Below are positions 19,664-29,422 of a stretch of 64,000 bases of DNA, piece by piece. Numbering within the stretch: the stretch's first letter is position 1; each line of letters begins with the position of its first letter. The notes beneath the pieces are model-generated. The model had not been told where the DNA came from. It did no database searches and was given only the letters and a program-made list of their open reading frames with translations. The stretch is from Armatimonadota bacterium (GTDB lineage Bacteria; Armatimonadota; Fervidibacteria; Fervidibacterales; Thermosaccharophagaceae): positions 3,501 through 67,500 of the forward strand of contig JANXAS010000013.1 of the NCBI GenBank assembly GCA_025062195.1. Direction: 5' to 3'. The translations under genes were made by a program, and so were the position numbers.

Positions 19664-20680
19664 TTAATCTGGTCCGGCACGCTCCGGAATGAATATGAAA
19701 ATGCGTGTGACGCGATAATCGTGAAGCGTGAAAACAATATTGCTGCTTCGGTGATAGCGAATTTCAACATCCCTGCTGAGCAAGCCACCACCTGCCGAAC
19801 GAATTTCGTCGGGCCAGCCATAGCGGGACAAAACACGCTGAAGCGTATCACCAAGCATTATAGTCTTGAACGGATTTCCAAGTGCAGTCCTTGCCGCATC
19901 AAACCTTTCTCCAGCTACGATTATTCCAACTACAGCGCCATCGCCATCTATAATGAAACCGAGCGTGGCATCACCACGCCTATATAACCATAAACTTTGA
20001 TTGCCACGCAATGGGACTATAGCCGGCAATGCCCATGAGAGTTCCGGAGCTAATGCTGGTGCGGCGGGCATACCTGGAGTGGGTGCACCAGGGACAGTTG
20101 GCATACCCGGTGCTGCACCACCTGGCATGGCTGCACCCTCAGGTGGGGCACCAAAAACGCCAGCAGCGCCTGGGGCAGTGACGCTGGTCATCAGTGGCGG
20201 CATCGTTTGTGCGAGCACACCTGGCGCTTGAATTACCGTAGTGCCACCTGCAAACGGCTGTATCGGGCCCGGTGGTGCTCCACCTGCTACCCCCGGGGCG
20301 CCGAGCGGATATGGCATACCAGGCATAGCACCCGGCATTGCACCTGGCATTGCTCCCGGAGCAACACCCTCAGCACCAGGCATAGGAGCTGGAGTTGTAG
20401 TTGGAGCGAGCATTGGCGGCACTTGAGCAATCACATAATCTGGCACGCCCCAAACACGCAACAAGCATGAGGGCGATAGGTGACCATTTTCGTCTCGCTC
20501 AACTGCGAGTGAGCCAAGCCTTATTCCAGCAAGTTGCACCTCCGGCAAACGGCGTCTCCTGCCCTCTTGAGCGTTGCAAACTTCGTTGGAAAACTCAACA
20601 GCTGCAGTGAATGCAAGCACGCAAAGCACAAAATGCAGCACTGACAACTTTCTCTCCTTGTAATATCGTCTAACTTTCAC
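19664..20680 (-). CDS. Secreted hypothetical protein with a central Pro/Gly/Ala/Met-rich low-complexity region
   Basis: Hydrophobic N-terminal signal; PGAM repeats; C-terminal MLGDTLQRVLSRYGWPD (SmpA/BamE-like pattern); GAGGTG RBS. Confidence 0.7.
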   Translation of the reverse strand: MKVRRYYKERKLSVLHFVLCVLAFTAAVEFSNEVCNAQEGRRRRLPEVQLAGIRLGSLAVERDENGHLSPSCLLRVWGVPDYVIAQVPPMLAPTTTPAPMPGAEGVAPGAMPGAMPGAMPGMPYPLGAPGVAGGAPPGPIQPFAGGTTVIQAPGVLAQTMPPLMTSVTAPGAAGVFGAPPEGAAMPGGAAPGMPTVPGAPTPGMPAAPALAPELSWALPAIVPLRGNQSLWLYRRGDATLGFIIDGDGAVVGIIVAGERFDAARTALGNPFKTIMLGDTLQRVLSRYGWPDEIRSAGGGLLSRDVEIRYHRSSNIVFTLHDYRVTRIFIFIPERAGPD

Positions 20681-20756
20681 AGCTGTCTCACCTCTTCGTC
20701 TGATGCTCGCTCATAACATCACTTTTCAATTTAACCTTAACTTTAACTTGCGTCAA

Positions 20757-21950
20757 CTATGGTGGTTTGTCATCCCCGCATTTTAACTTTATTTCCTCAT
20801 CATTCAGATAGCAAGCTGGGTCTGAAGCGAACGCATCTCCGAGCATAATGTCGGCTCGCACCCTCATCCCACCACCGCAAATTTCAAAAAAACGGCACTG
20901 TGCACATCTTCCGTGAATGTGCTTCCATCTCTCCCTCAACCTCAGCAACAATTCGTCTTCGGTTTCAAACCATATCCTGTAAAATGAATTTGAACGCACA
21001 TTGCCGAGACTGTAATGCCACCAAAACTGATCTGGGTGAACATTGCCAACATAGTCAATGCATGCTATGCCAACACCGGAACCGCTAAACGCACCGCCGC
21101 TGCGATGGAGCAGCTTATATACCTCGCCGGCTCGCTCATTGCCCTCGCTGAGCAACTTAAGGTAGATGAACGCCCCGTCTGCAGGGTTGTCCACAGTGAG
21201 CACTTCAACAAATCTACCCCGCTCAACAGCCTCCAAAGTGCGATGCAATATGCGTTCAACGGAAAGCCTCGTTTGCAATGCGCTGAGGGGCAACTCCATA
21301 GCATGCAATCCACGCCCTGCCGGGATGAAATGATAAAAGCAAAGCCTTTCAACACCCTCGCTAATTGCCAGATCAAACATGGCATCAATTTGGGCGACGG
21401 TTCGGCTTGTAAGCATCATGCGAATACCCACGCGCAACCCAAACCGCTTACAGCTTTTAATACCGTTGACTGCCCTCTCAAAAGCGCCGCGCACGCCACG
21501 AAACTCGTCGTTTGCCTCACCAATCCCGTCCAAGCTTATCCCAACATACCGAACACCGCACGCTTTAAGTTCCCGAGCGATTGAATCATCAATCAATGTG
21601 CCATTTGTTGAGAGGGCTACCTTCAACCCACCTGAGCTTGCATGCCGAATGAGTTCAAATATATCCGAACGCATGAGCGGCTCGCCGCCAGAAATAAGCA
21701 GACGAGGTATGCGCAATTGAACAAGCTCATCAATTAGCCTCTTAGCTTCGTCAGTGGTAAGTTCGCCATCGCTTAAATTAGTGCTTGAGTCGCTATAGCA
21801 ATGAATGCACCGCAAGTTGCAAATCCTGGTTAGATTCCATACGATCACTGGCGGGCGAATGCCAACTTGTGTTGAGCGCTTCTCATAGCCATACCTCAGG
21901 TCATCGCTTTCACAACAAACACCACAATAAAGCCTTGTCACATTGACCAT
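20757..21950 (-). CDS. Radical SAM/SPASM protein, AhbC/NirJ1-like (alternative heme biosynthesis)
   Basis: N-terminal TRLYCG...DDLRY; WNLTRICNLRCIHCY; SGGEPL; TVDNPADG; GNVHPDQFW; CAQCRFFEICGGG.R.RA...DPACY. Confidence 0.85.
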   Translation of the reverse strand: MVNVTRLYCGVCCESDDLRYGYEKRSTQVGIRPPVIVWNLTRICNLRCIHCYSDSSTNLSDGELTTDEAKRLIDELVQLRIPRLLISGGEPLMRSDIFELIRHASSGGLKVALSTNGTLIDDSIARELKACGVRYVGISLDGIGEANDEFRGVRGAFERAVNGIKSCKRFGLRVGIRMMLTSRTVAQIDAMFDLAISEGVERLCFYHFIPAGRGLHAMELPLSALQTRLSVERILHRTLEAVERGRFVEVLTVDNPADGAFIYLKLLSEGNERAGEVYKLLHRSGGAFSGSGVGIACIDYVGNVHPDQFWWHYSLGNVRSNSFYRIWFETEDELLLRLRERWKHIHGRCAQCRFFEICGGGMRVRADIMLGDAFASDPACYLNDEEIKLKCGDDKPP

Positions 21951-21980
21951 GAAACATCGCCCCAGGGACGAAAGCTTCTC

Positions 21981-24900
21981 TTATCCCGCAACGCTTGAAG
22001 CTGCCTCCTCAAGCGACAGCGAAAGCATCCTTGAGACACCATCATCATCCATGGTCACGCCATAGATTCTGTCAACCACCTCAAGTGTGCCTTGATTATG
22101 CGTGATGATGATGAATTGTGAGCGCCTGCTGAACTCCTTCAGGAGCCCAGCGAACTTGCTCACATTGGTGTCATCAAGTGCCGCATCAACTTCATCAAGC
22201 ATACAAAAAGGCACAGGGCGAACGCTGAGCATGGCAAACAGCAAGCATATAGCTGTCATAGCTCGCTCGCCACCAGATAGGACAAGCAAATCCTGCATAG
22301 CTTTGCCTGGCGGACGCACCCTCACTTCAACGCCAGCACGCGTTATATCTTCGGTGTCAGTAAGCGCGAGATGAACTTCGCCACCGTCAAACACCTTTGA
22401 AAACAGCGCTTGAAATTCGCACTCAACTGCCATCACCGTTTTGATAAGATGGCTTCTTGTCTCATCATCAATTTGCCGGATAATTGTATGCAGGTCTTCC
22501 CTTGCCCCCTCCAAATCTCTCTCCTGCTCCTTTAGATACTCAATTCTTGAGCTGAGGCGTTCATATTCCTCAATGACACCGACATTGACCGTGCCCATCT
22601 GCTCAATTTTGCGCTTCAATTCGTTTAATTCTTCAACTGCAGCCTGTTTGTGCTGCAACCCCTCGGCACATTGTAATGCTTCCTGAGGCGTTACACAAAA
22701 CTCCTCTACAAGTCGTCTCGCAAGTTCATCACCCTCAGAGCGCGTCTCCGCTTTTCGCACTTCAATCCTGTTTAGCTCGCTTTCAATGCTGTCCTTCTCC
22801 TCGGAGAGCCTGCGCAACTCTGCACTAACTAAATCAAGTTCTGAGAGCAACTCCGAACGATACTTACGCCACAGCTCAAAAGCGCTTTCAGCTTCATCGC
22901 GAGACCGCCATAACTGTTTGTGTTCCTCCTCAAGCCTATGGAGGCGCAGGGAGAGTTCATTCAACTGAGCGTTGAGGGTAACCATAATTTGCCGGCAGCG
23001 CAACGCCCTTTGTTCTGTCTCCTCAAGCAGCTTATGGATTTCCTCCTCCTCCGATTGAGCGGAGTTGAGTTTTTCTGAGAGCCGAGCCAACCTCATGCGG
23101 ACATCGGACAAACGGGAGCGCAATTCATCCCTCGCCTTGAGCAACTCATCCATTCGCCTCAATGCTTCGGATATGTCATGTTCAATCCTGCCGGCGTAAT
23201 TTTCAGCCTCTCTCAACTCCGACTTGCATGACTCAACTTCATTTATGATACGCTCGTGTTCACCCTCAATCTGTTTCTGCTCCATGTCTAACAGCTCGAG
23301 GCGCGCATTGAGCTGTTCGGAGCGCCGCCCCAGCGCTTCCCGCTCAGCATCCAGCCTCGCCTCAAGCTCTGCCAGCTCGGAGAGTTCGCCAATCAAGGCT
23401 TCAGCGGTGTTTTTGCGCCGCTCAAACTCGCTCGACTTCTCCCTCAGCTCAGCCTCACAGCGCTGCAATCTCGCTTCAATATCCCGTATGCGGTTGCGCA
23501 GCTCCTCAATCTCTCGCCTGCGCGCAAAAAGCATGTGAAGCGAATGCGCTTCATGCCCGCCGGATATTGGCCCTCCGGGAATGATGAGTTCGCCATCAAG
23601 CGTAACTATCCGTATGCCAGAAATCAGTCGCCTGCCTAAATCTGTGGCAACGGTCATATCTCTGACGACGAGCACATTGCCGAGCAGATATTCACGCACA
23701 GCTTCATAGCTGTCGGCTATTTCAACGAGCTCATTTGCCCACCCGATGATGCCATCTGAATGCTCGCCAATAAGCCTTTCAATATCCTCACTGCGCCTCA
23801 AATTCGGTCGTATGAAGTCAAGGCTCAGGAAAGTGGCTCTCCCTGAGCGGCTTTGCTTCAAGTAGTTAATTGCGGCTCTCGCCCCCTCTGCTGTTTCGGT
23901 AACAATGTATTCAATTGCGCTCCCAAGCGCTGTGGCTATGGCGATTTCAAGTTCGCCGGGAACGCAAAGCAAGTGTGCAACGAGTTGGTAATTGGCGGAC
24001 AACTTGCCGGCACGAGAAGCCATGAGCACACTCTTGGGTCCTTCCCTAATACCTTGCAATGTGGCTTCATTCTCCTCAAGGGCACTAAGGCGCGCCCTCA
24101 GCCCGCTGAGCAACTCGCGCAGCGTGGCAACCTTGTAGCGCAACTCATCTTTGAAGCGTTCAAGCTCCGAGAGTTTCAAACGCTCCGTGCGCAATCTCTC
24201 CTGTATGTCTGCTCTCTTGTGCCTTACAGCATTTGACTCACTGTCAATCTCGTCCATTTTGACCTTCAACGCTTCGGCTTGTTCGCCAAGTTCGGCTCGC
24301 TCACGCTCAAGCTCCGATAAGCGCAAGCGCAATGCGGTCTCTGTGTGAGCATAATCAATGAGCCTGTTTCGCAGGCTTGTTACAGCCCTCATGGCTTCAA
24401 CATGCTTTGAACGAAGGGATTCGACTTCCGCCTCTCTGGCAGCTACCTCAGCCTCGATTCGTTCAAGCTCCTTTAGAACCTCTCCCTGCTCATGCTCACA
24501 TTCATTTACGGACCTGCATAACTCTGCCATCTTTTCTCGCACATCACTAAGCCTATTAAGGAGTGCTTGTTGTCTTTCAAGCGCCCTTTGCAGTTCGCTT
24601 TGCTCAGCTTCAATCCGCTCGGATATGTGGTGCTGCTGTTGCTTTGTGAGCTCAATTTCCCCTTCAAGACTCTTTGTCATTTCTACTGCTCGCACGGAGC
24701 GCTCCCGCAGCTGTTCCAACTGTTCTTCAAGCTTTTGTAACTCCACCCTCGCTTCGGAGCGTCTTCGCTCAAGCTCGCTTATGCAGCCCTCAACTTGCTG
24801 GAGTCGCTCACGCCATTGCTCCGACTCCTCAGAAAGCCTTTGCAGGCGCCTCTGCCTGATGCCCCACTCCCATCCGAGCAAGCCCATTTGCAAAGCACGG

Positions 24901-25565
24901 TAACGCTCCATCAGCTCTTTGTATTGCCTTGCCAGTTCAGCCTGTTCAGCGATCGCCCCAAGCTGCGCTTCAAGCTCATGCCTTATGTCCTTGAGCCTGG
25001 TGATGTTTCTCTCCGTCTTCTCAAGCTTTCGCATAGCTTCTAAGCGGCGAACCTGATAACGCTCTATACCAGCCACCTGTTCAAACAAGGCGCGCCTATC
25101 TTCAGGGCGTGCGGCAAGAATAGCGTCAACTTCATTTTGACCAATGAGTGTGAATGCGTCCGCCGATAGCCCAACATTAAGGAGCAAGTCTTGGATATCT
25201 CGGAGCCTACACGGTGTCTTGTTGATGAAATAATCGCATTCTCCCGAGCGATATATCCGCCTCGTTATTGAGACCTCGTTAAATCCGAGTGGGAGAGCAC
25301 CATCGCTGTTATCAAATACGAGCGTAACTTCAGCGATGTTCATGGGCTTGCGTTTCTGGCTGCCAGCGAAGATGATGTCCGTAGAACGAGCGCTCCTTAA
25401 TGCTCTATAGCTGCGCTCGCCAAGAACCCACTGTATTGCCTCAGCTATGTTGCTTTTCCCCGAGCCGTTTGGTCCGACTATGGCGCTCACTCCGGGCAAA
25501 AATTCAATCTCGGTTTTTGCAGCGAAGCTCTTGAAACCGTGCAACTCAACACGCTTTAGATACAT
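21981..25565 (-). CDS. smc: Chromosome segregation protein SMC
   Basis: GFKSFA, Walker A GPNGSGKSN, hinge GRATFL, LSGGE signature, Walker B LDEVDAALD, long coiled coils. Confidence 0.98.
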   Translation of the reverse strand: MYLKRVELHGFKSFAAKTEIEFLPGVSAIVGPNGSGKSNIAEAIQWVLGERSYRALRSARSTDIIFAGSQKRKPMNIAEVTLVFDNSDGALPLGFNEVSITRRIYRSGECDYFINKTPCRLRDIQDLLLNVGLSADAFTLIGQNEVDAILAARPEDRRALFEQVAGIERYQVRRLEAMRKLEKTERNITRLKDIRHELEAQLGAIAEQAELARQYKELMERYRALQMGLLGWEWGIRQRRLQRLSEESEQWRERLQQVEGCISELERRRSEARVELQKLEEQLEQLRERSVRAVEMTKSLEGEIELTKQQQHHISERIEAEQSELQRALERQQALLNRLSDVREKMAELCRSVNECEHEQGEVLKELERIEAEVAAREAEVESLRSKHVEAMRAVTSLRNRLIDYAHTETALRLRLSELERERAELGEQAEALKVKMDEIDSESNAVRHKRADIQERLRTERLKLSELERFKDELRYKVATLRELLSGLRARLSALEENEATLQGIREGPKSVLMASRAGKLSANYQLVAHLLCVPGELEIAIATALGSAIEYIVTETAEGARAAINYLKQSRSGRATFLSLDFIRPNLRRSEDIERLIGEHSDGIIGWANELVEIADSYEAVREYLLGNVLVVRDMTVATDLGRRLISGIRIVTLDGELIIPGGPISGGHEAHSLHMLFARRREIEELRNRIRDIEARLQRCEAELREKSSEFERRKNTAEALIGELSELAELEARLDAEREALGRRSEQLNARLELLDMEQKQIEGEHERIINEVESCKSELREAENYAGRIEHDISEALRRMDELLKARDELRSRLSDVRMRLARLSEKLNSAQSEEEEIHKLLEETEQRALRCRQIMVTLNAQLNELSLRLHRLEEEHKQLWRSRDEAESAFELWRKYRSELLSELDLVSAELRRLSEEKDSIESELNRIEVRKAETRSEGDELARRLVEEFCVTPQEALQCAEGLQHKQAAVEELNELKRKIEQMGTVNVGVIEEYERLSSRIEYLKEQERDLEGAREDLHTIIRQIDDETRSHLIKTVMAVECEFQALFSKVFDGGEVHLALTDTEDITRAGVEVRVRPPGKAMQDLLVLSGGERAMTAICLLFAMLSVRPVPFCMLDEVDAALDDTNVSKFAGLLKEFSRRSQFIIITHNQGTLEVVDRIYGVTMDDDGVSRMLSLSLEEAASSVAG

Positions 25566-26017
25566 CGTTGCTTCATCTCCTGCTGCATATGATGCGCTTG
25601 TATTTACCCGCGCAGAGAGCTTTGCCTTGCAGACTAAAACACTCAATGCAAATTTTAGCGACTCAATACCAGCTTAACCACGCTCAACCACACGAGGAGT
25701 TACACAACTGAATGCAACGCATCATCACTTTGATTTCCATTTTCATTGTATTGGACTTGGGTCGTAAACGCTCCTCAACGCTCACATCTGGCATTTGTGG
25801 CAATCATTATCAGCCCAACAAATCTCAGTAACAATGACAGACGCTGATAAATCTCGGGGCGCTGCTATTTTAACGCCTGACTCTCAGTTCGGCAGGAGTT
25901 GACCCACCAGAGAAAAACCGAATTCACGGTCGGGCAGTAGCCCGAGCCTCCGATACACCGACAAATCTTTGAGCGAAGAGCTGGTCTGGTAACGCTGAAA
26001 GGAAAACGGACTAACCA

Positions 26018-26050
26018 GTAGCTGTTAGGCTGCTTTCGTTTTTTCTTTTT
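26018..26050 (+). terminator. Putative intrinsic terminator
   Basis: GTAGC-tgttag-GCTGC hairpin followed by TTTCGTTTTTTCTTTTT. Confidence 0.45.
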
Positions 26051-26110
26051 GGCTGGCTGTCGTCCGCCCATACAAGGTTGCACAAACTGCGCAACCCCTG
26101 TTCACCTTAA

Positions 26111-29089
26111 TCATCTTAACCTTGCAACACATGTAGCCATTGCTGATCTGCCGACGCTATCCTCACCGATGACTTCAACAATGGCAACCGCCGCTACAAC
26201 ATCTTTCGGGATGGGGCAAAGAAGCGCTTGTGCGCCTTTCCTCATTTCACTTCTCTGAAGAATTGTCGCAATGACTCTTCCAGTTAACGCTCGCAGGCGA
26301 ACTGTCACAGCCATATCGGTGAGGAGCGTAAACCGTATGCTTAACCCGCCTCGGTTTGGCGTCGCAGAAAGCCCGACTATACTTGCCCTTGAGCCAGCGC
26401 CTGCCTGTGCAACCACTCGCAATTTGTGCGGTTCGCTGCGCCGAGGGAGGAAAACAAAGCTGTAGCGGCGCATGCATATAGCCTTGCCTGTATTAACATC
26501 AACCAGCGTGAGGCGATATGATGAAGGCACTTCAAATGCGCCCTCCCAAGAGAGGATAACATCATCCAAATTTGCATCCACGACAATATCCCAAGAAGCG
26601 TAAGCACTATATTGCTGAACGGCGACTTCATACTCAGCCGACCTGCTTCCAAATAACTTTTGCAGGGCGAAACAACGCACCTTCGCGTTCGGCGGTGAAG
26701 GTGGCTTCAACACATCAAGGGCATCATGAGAGGCGCGCCCTAATGGCGACATCACCAATGTGACGGAATCGCTCTCGCCAGCGCAACTTGCCGTTAACCT
26801 GATTCGCCATACTTCCTCACTCGCGGGCGGTGCAAGATGCTTTGAGAGGGCTGATGAAAAACGCTCAACGGATCTAACTTCGTCAATCGGCGGCATGAAT
26901 CGCATCACAACATCTGTTGAGGTGGCAATCCAGAAGGCAGAAAACGGTTGCAACTCAAAGCTGTGTCCAACAGTTGCATATCTTCCGGCAGCGAATGGGT
27001 CGCTTGAGGGCAAGTAAATGAACGGCGGTGAAAGGACGATACCTTTCGCCAATGCGTCTTCAAGGGTCATTTTCACGCCGTTGTGAATAGCGAAGATAGA
27101 ACTCAGCCTGACGGGGACAGGGAATGGATTACCAAGCATGTGCCAAGAGATGTTGGTGCCATCCATTGGGAGGGAGACATCGTAAGGCTGTGAGGGGTCA
27201 ATCGGCTCTCCGGCATGCAGCACTGTCACATCGCCCTTCAATCGCACAAAATATCCAACACCGGCTGGCGGCGAGTTGACGCCAATGTTCTTCGGCCGGA
27301 ACGACGCGTAGCCATCACGGTCAGCTGCCGGGAATATGCGATATGCTGAAGCAGCATTGTCCCAGCGAGCCAACATCGCAGAATCGTCATTGAGCACAAC
27401 CCTTGGGTCATGTGATGCTGTCGCCATTGGGAGAGAGAGCATGCGAATGCCTCTGCTAATCTTGTATGGGACAACCTCAAAGGAGATTGACGATGAAGCG
27501 CTGTTGTCAAAGTTATCCTTCGCTGAGACCGTGATTGAGTGCCTGCCTGGATTCAGTGGCGCTTTTGGCTTCACTTTGAGCAATGCTGTTTGCGCATCGT
27601 AGTAGATCTCACCGGAACCCAATTTAGCCCCATCAACGCTGACTGAGATTGAAGCCTCATTTAAGCCGGCGTATCCATCATCCCTCACCTCAACGATGAG
27701 CATGGGATAAGTCAAATGCAGCTTTACACCATCAGCGGCTGGTATGAGAAAGCGAATGGTGGGCGGCAGCAAGTCCGTCCCGGAGCGAGCCGCAAGGAAT
27801 CTACCCCACTCACAATCCCTCCCAAAATCAAGGTCGGTGAGGTAACCGGGCTCAAAGCCCTCCGTTGGCGGAAAGTAAATTGCGATGCCGTGAGCGTTGT
27901 CCACATTGATGTCAAAGCCAGTCCTGTGAGCCTCAGCAAACAATGCTCCAGAGCCGTTTGGACCATGAGCTTTTATGACATTGCGTGCCGCATCTTTCAC
28001 CTCCTCGTCTGGGAAACGCTGAATAAGCAATTCACAGAAGTGATAAAGGTCACGGTAAATGTGTTCGGAAAACGACTGTGTCATTCGCCTTAATTCCTCA
28101 ATGAGGCTTGCATAACTTGAGAGCCTTTGCCTCAACTTCACGGAGAGGTCGCTAATGGCAGATATAAGCTTTTGCAGTGCATTAAGCCTGTAAACGGCGA
28201 TCGTGACAGAGCTGCCAGCGCCGTTTGTTGGTCTGCCAGGTTCATACGATGTGATGTAATGCTTGACGAACCTATGAAGGAAGTCCTCGGTGGAGATGTT
28301 TGGGTTTGATGTGAGGTCGCTCAAGAAACGGTCATATGGATACCCATCGTTTGGCTCTGACAATTGCGATGCAATGAGATACTTCGCTGCGTGCCTGACT
28401 TGATACGCATTCTCAATCATGCTCATCTCCGATGCGTCATAGCCGAGTATCTCAAGCGGTTTTTCGTTGAGGATGCCTCTTCGCAACTCCAAAAATGCCT
28501 CTTTAAGTTCGCGGTTTGAGAGATGGTCATTGAAGCTGTCGGAAAAGATTATTGCCCTGCGCAACAGCCCGCGCTCAAAAGGTCGCACACCGGAGCCGTG
28601 GTCTGACAGGATGAGGAAGTAGCGCTCTGCCGGATAATTGGCGACTGCCCATGTGACAAAATCAACGAGCGCCTTCTTTGTGCCCATGTTGAGCATGCCC
28701 ATTTCGGAAAGCACTTGTGAGCGAATGGTGTTATTGGGCAGCACATCTGGCGATGGGTCCTCATATGGGTCTCTCGTGACGAAGTAACGCCTCACACCAA
28801 CCCAGTTGTTATTTGAGGTGTCATACAGTGGCGAGCGTGAGAGTTGGGCAACAATCCTCACATCATTTGTTGAGCCTATCTTCTCCATCTCGTTTAAGTC
28901 CTTGATGAGGGCGCTCTCAAGGTCGTTATCACCGCACATGTAGACCATGACCGTCCACTTGCTTGGTTGCGCGGCGAGTTCAAAGAGCCACCCACCTAAA
29001 AGGGTGTGCAACCAAGCCGCTGTTAGCATGATTTGTTTCCACCCAACTTTCAACGCCCGAAATTTGCACAGCGGCCTACCCATCTCCAA
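26111..29089 (-). CDS. Secreted clostripain-related (peptidase C11) multidomain protein with catalytic Cys replaced by Ser
   Basis: KWTVMVYMCGDNDLE, NMG...LVDFV.WA..NYPAERY.LIL.DHGSG, and GYDASEM.MIE.AY; Ig-like and beta-rich C-terminal domains. Confidence 0.88.
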   Translation of the reverse strand: MEMGRPLCKFRALKVGWKQIMLTAAWLHTLLGGWLFELAAQPSKWTVMVYMCGDNDLESALIKDLNEMEKIGSTNDVRIVAQLSRSPLYDTSNNNWVGVRRYFVTRDPYEDPSPDVLPNNTIRSQVLSEMGMLNMGTKKALVDFVTWAVANYPAERYFLILSDHGSGVRPFERGLLRRAIIFSDSFNDHLSNRELKEAFLELRRGILNEKPLEILGYDASEMSMIENAYQVRHAAKYLIASQLSEPNDGYPYDRFLSDLTSNPNISTEDFLHRFVKHYITSYEPGRPTNGAGSSVTIAVYRLNALQKLISAISDLSVKLRQRLSSYASLIEELRRMTQSFSEHIYRDLYHFCELLIQRFPDEEVKDAARNVIKAHGPNGSGALFAEAHRTGFDINVDNAHGIAIYFPPTEGFEPGYLTDLDFGRDCEWGRFLAARSGTDLLPPTIRFLIPAADGVKLHLTYPMLIVEVRDDGYAGLNEASISVSVDGAKLGSGEIYYDAQTALLKVKPKAPLNPGRHSITVSAKDNFDNSASSSISFEVVPYKISRGIRMLSLPMATASHDPRVVLNDDSAMLARWDNAASAYRIFPAADRDGYASFRPKNIGVNSPPAGVGYFVRLKGDVTVLHAGEPIDPSQPYDVSLPMDGTNISWHMLGNPFPVPVRLSSIFAIHNGVKMTLEDALAKGIVLSPPFIYLPSSDPFAAGRYATVGHSFELQPFSAFWIATSTDVVMRFMPPIDEVRSVERFSSALSKHLAPPASEEVWRIRLTASCAGESDSVTLVMSPLGRASHDALDVLKPPSPPNAKVRCFALQKLFGSRSAEYEVAVQQYSAYASWDIVVDANLDDVILSWEGAFEVPSSYRLTLVDVNTGKAICMRRYSFVFLPRRSEPHKLRVVAQAGAGSRASIVGLSATPNRGGLSIRFTLLTDMAVTVRLRALTGRVIATILQRSEMRKGAQALLCPIPKDVVAAVAIVEVIGEDSVGRSAMATCVARLR

Positions 29090-29119
29090 AAACCTGCCTT
29101 ATGCCAAAGTTGACCGCAC

Positions 29120-29395
29120 CTACAAGCTCTTAAGCCTGATGAGGCAATTCATAAGCTGTTCAACTGCTTCCTCAACATCCTCGGTGCGAGCTGTCACCGA
29201 AAAGAGCGTCTCAGCATAATTTCGCACACACAGCCTCCTTACTGTCTCAATGTGCTCTACCAGCCTAAATAGGCACTCAAACTGCCCTGAGAAGTCGTCC
29301 TCTTCAACCTTCTTACCCATATGCCTTGCTTCATTCTCCACGGCTTGAAGCAGCCTTATGATTCGTTGTTTCCTGTGCTCGGTGTGCAATGCCAA
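29120..29395 (-). CDS. Small helical protein, CsoR/RcnR-like fold (degenerate)
   Basis: Length and pattern (RLLQAVENEAR.M.K.VEED...EEAVEQLM..L.RL) resemble CsoR; GAGGGTGG RBS; lies 27 bp downstream of the G1PDH gene. Confidence 0.5.
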   Translation of the reverse strand: MALHTEHRKQRIIRLLQAVENEARHMGKKVEEDDFSGQFECLFRLVEHIETVRRLCVRNYAETLFSVTARTEDVEEAVEQLMNCLIRLKSL

Positions 29396-29422
29396 ACACC
29401 ACCCTCAGCATCACGGTTTTTT

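Noticed and set aside
21981-25565. Heptad and low-complexity periodicity with long antisense ORFs
   Set aside because: Explained by the SMC coiled coils.
25865-26083. 72 aa minus-strand ORF, and a tmRNA-like tag (ASQKEKTKAA-stop) in another frame
   Set aside because: The Lys run is the complement of the U-tract; there is no RBS, and no tRNA-like tmRNA ends (GGGG 5' end, TTCGA...CCA 3' end).
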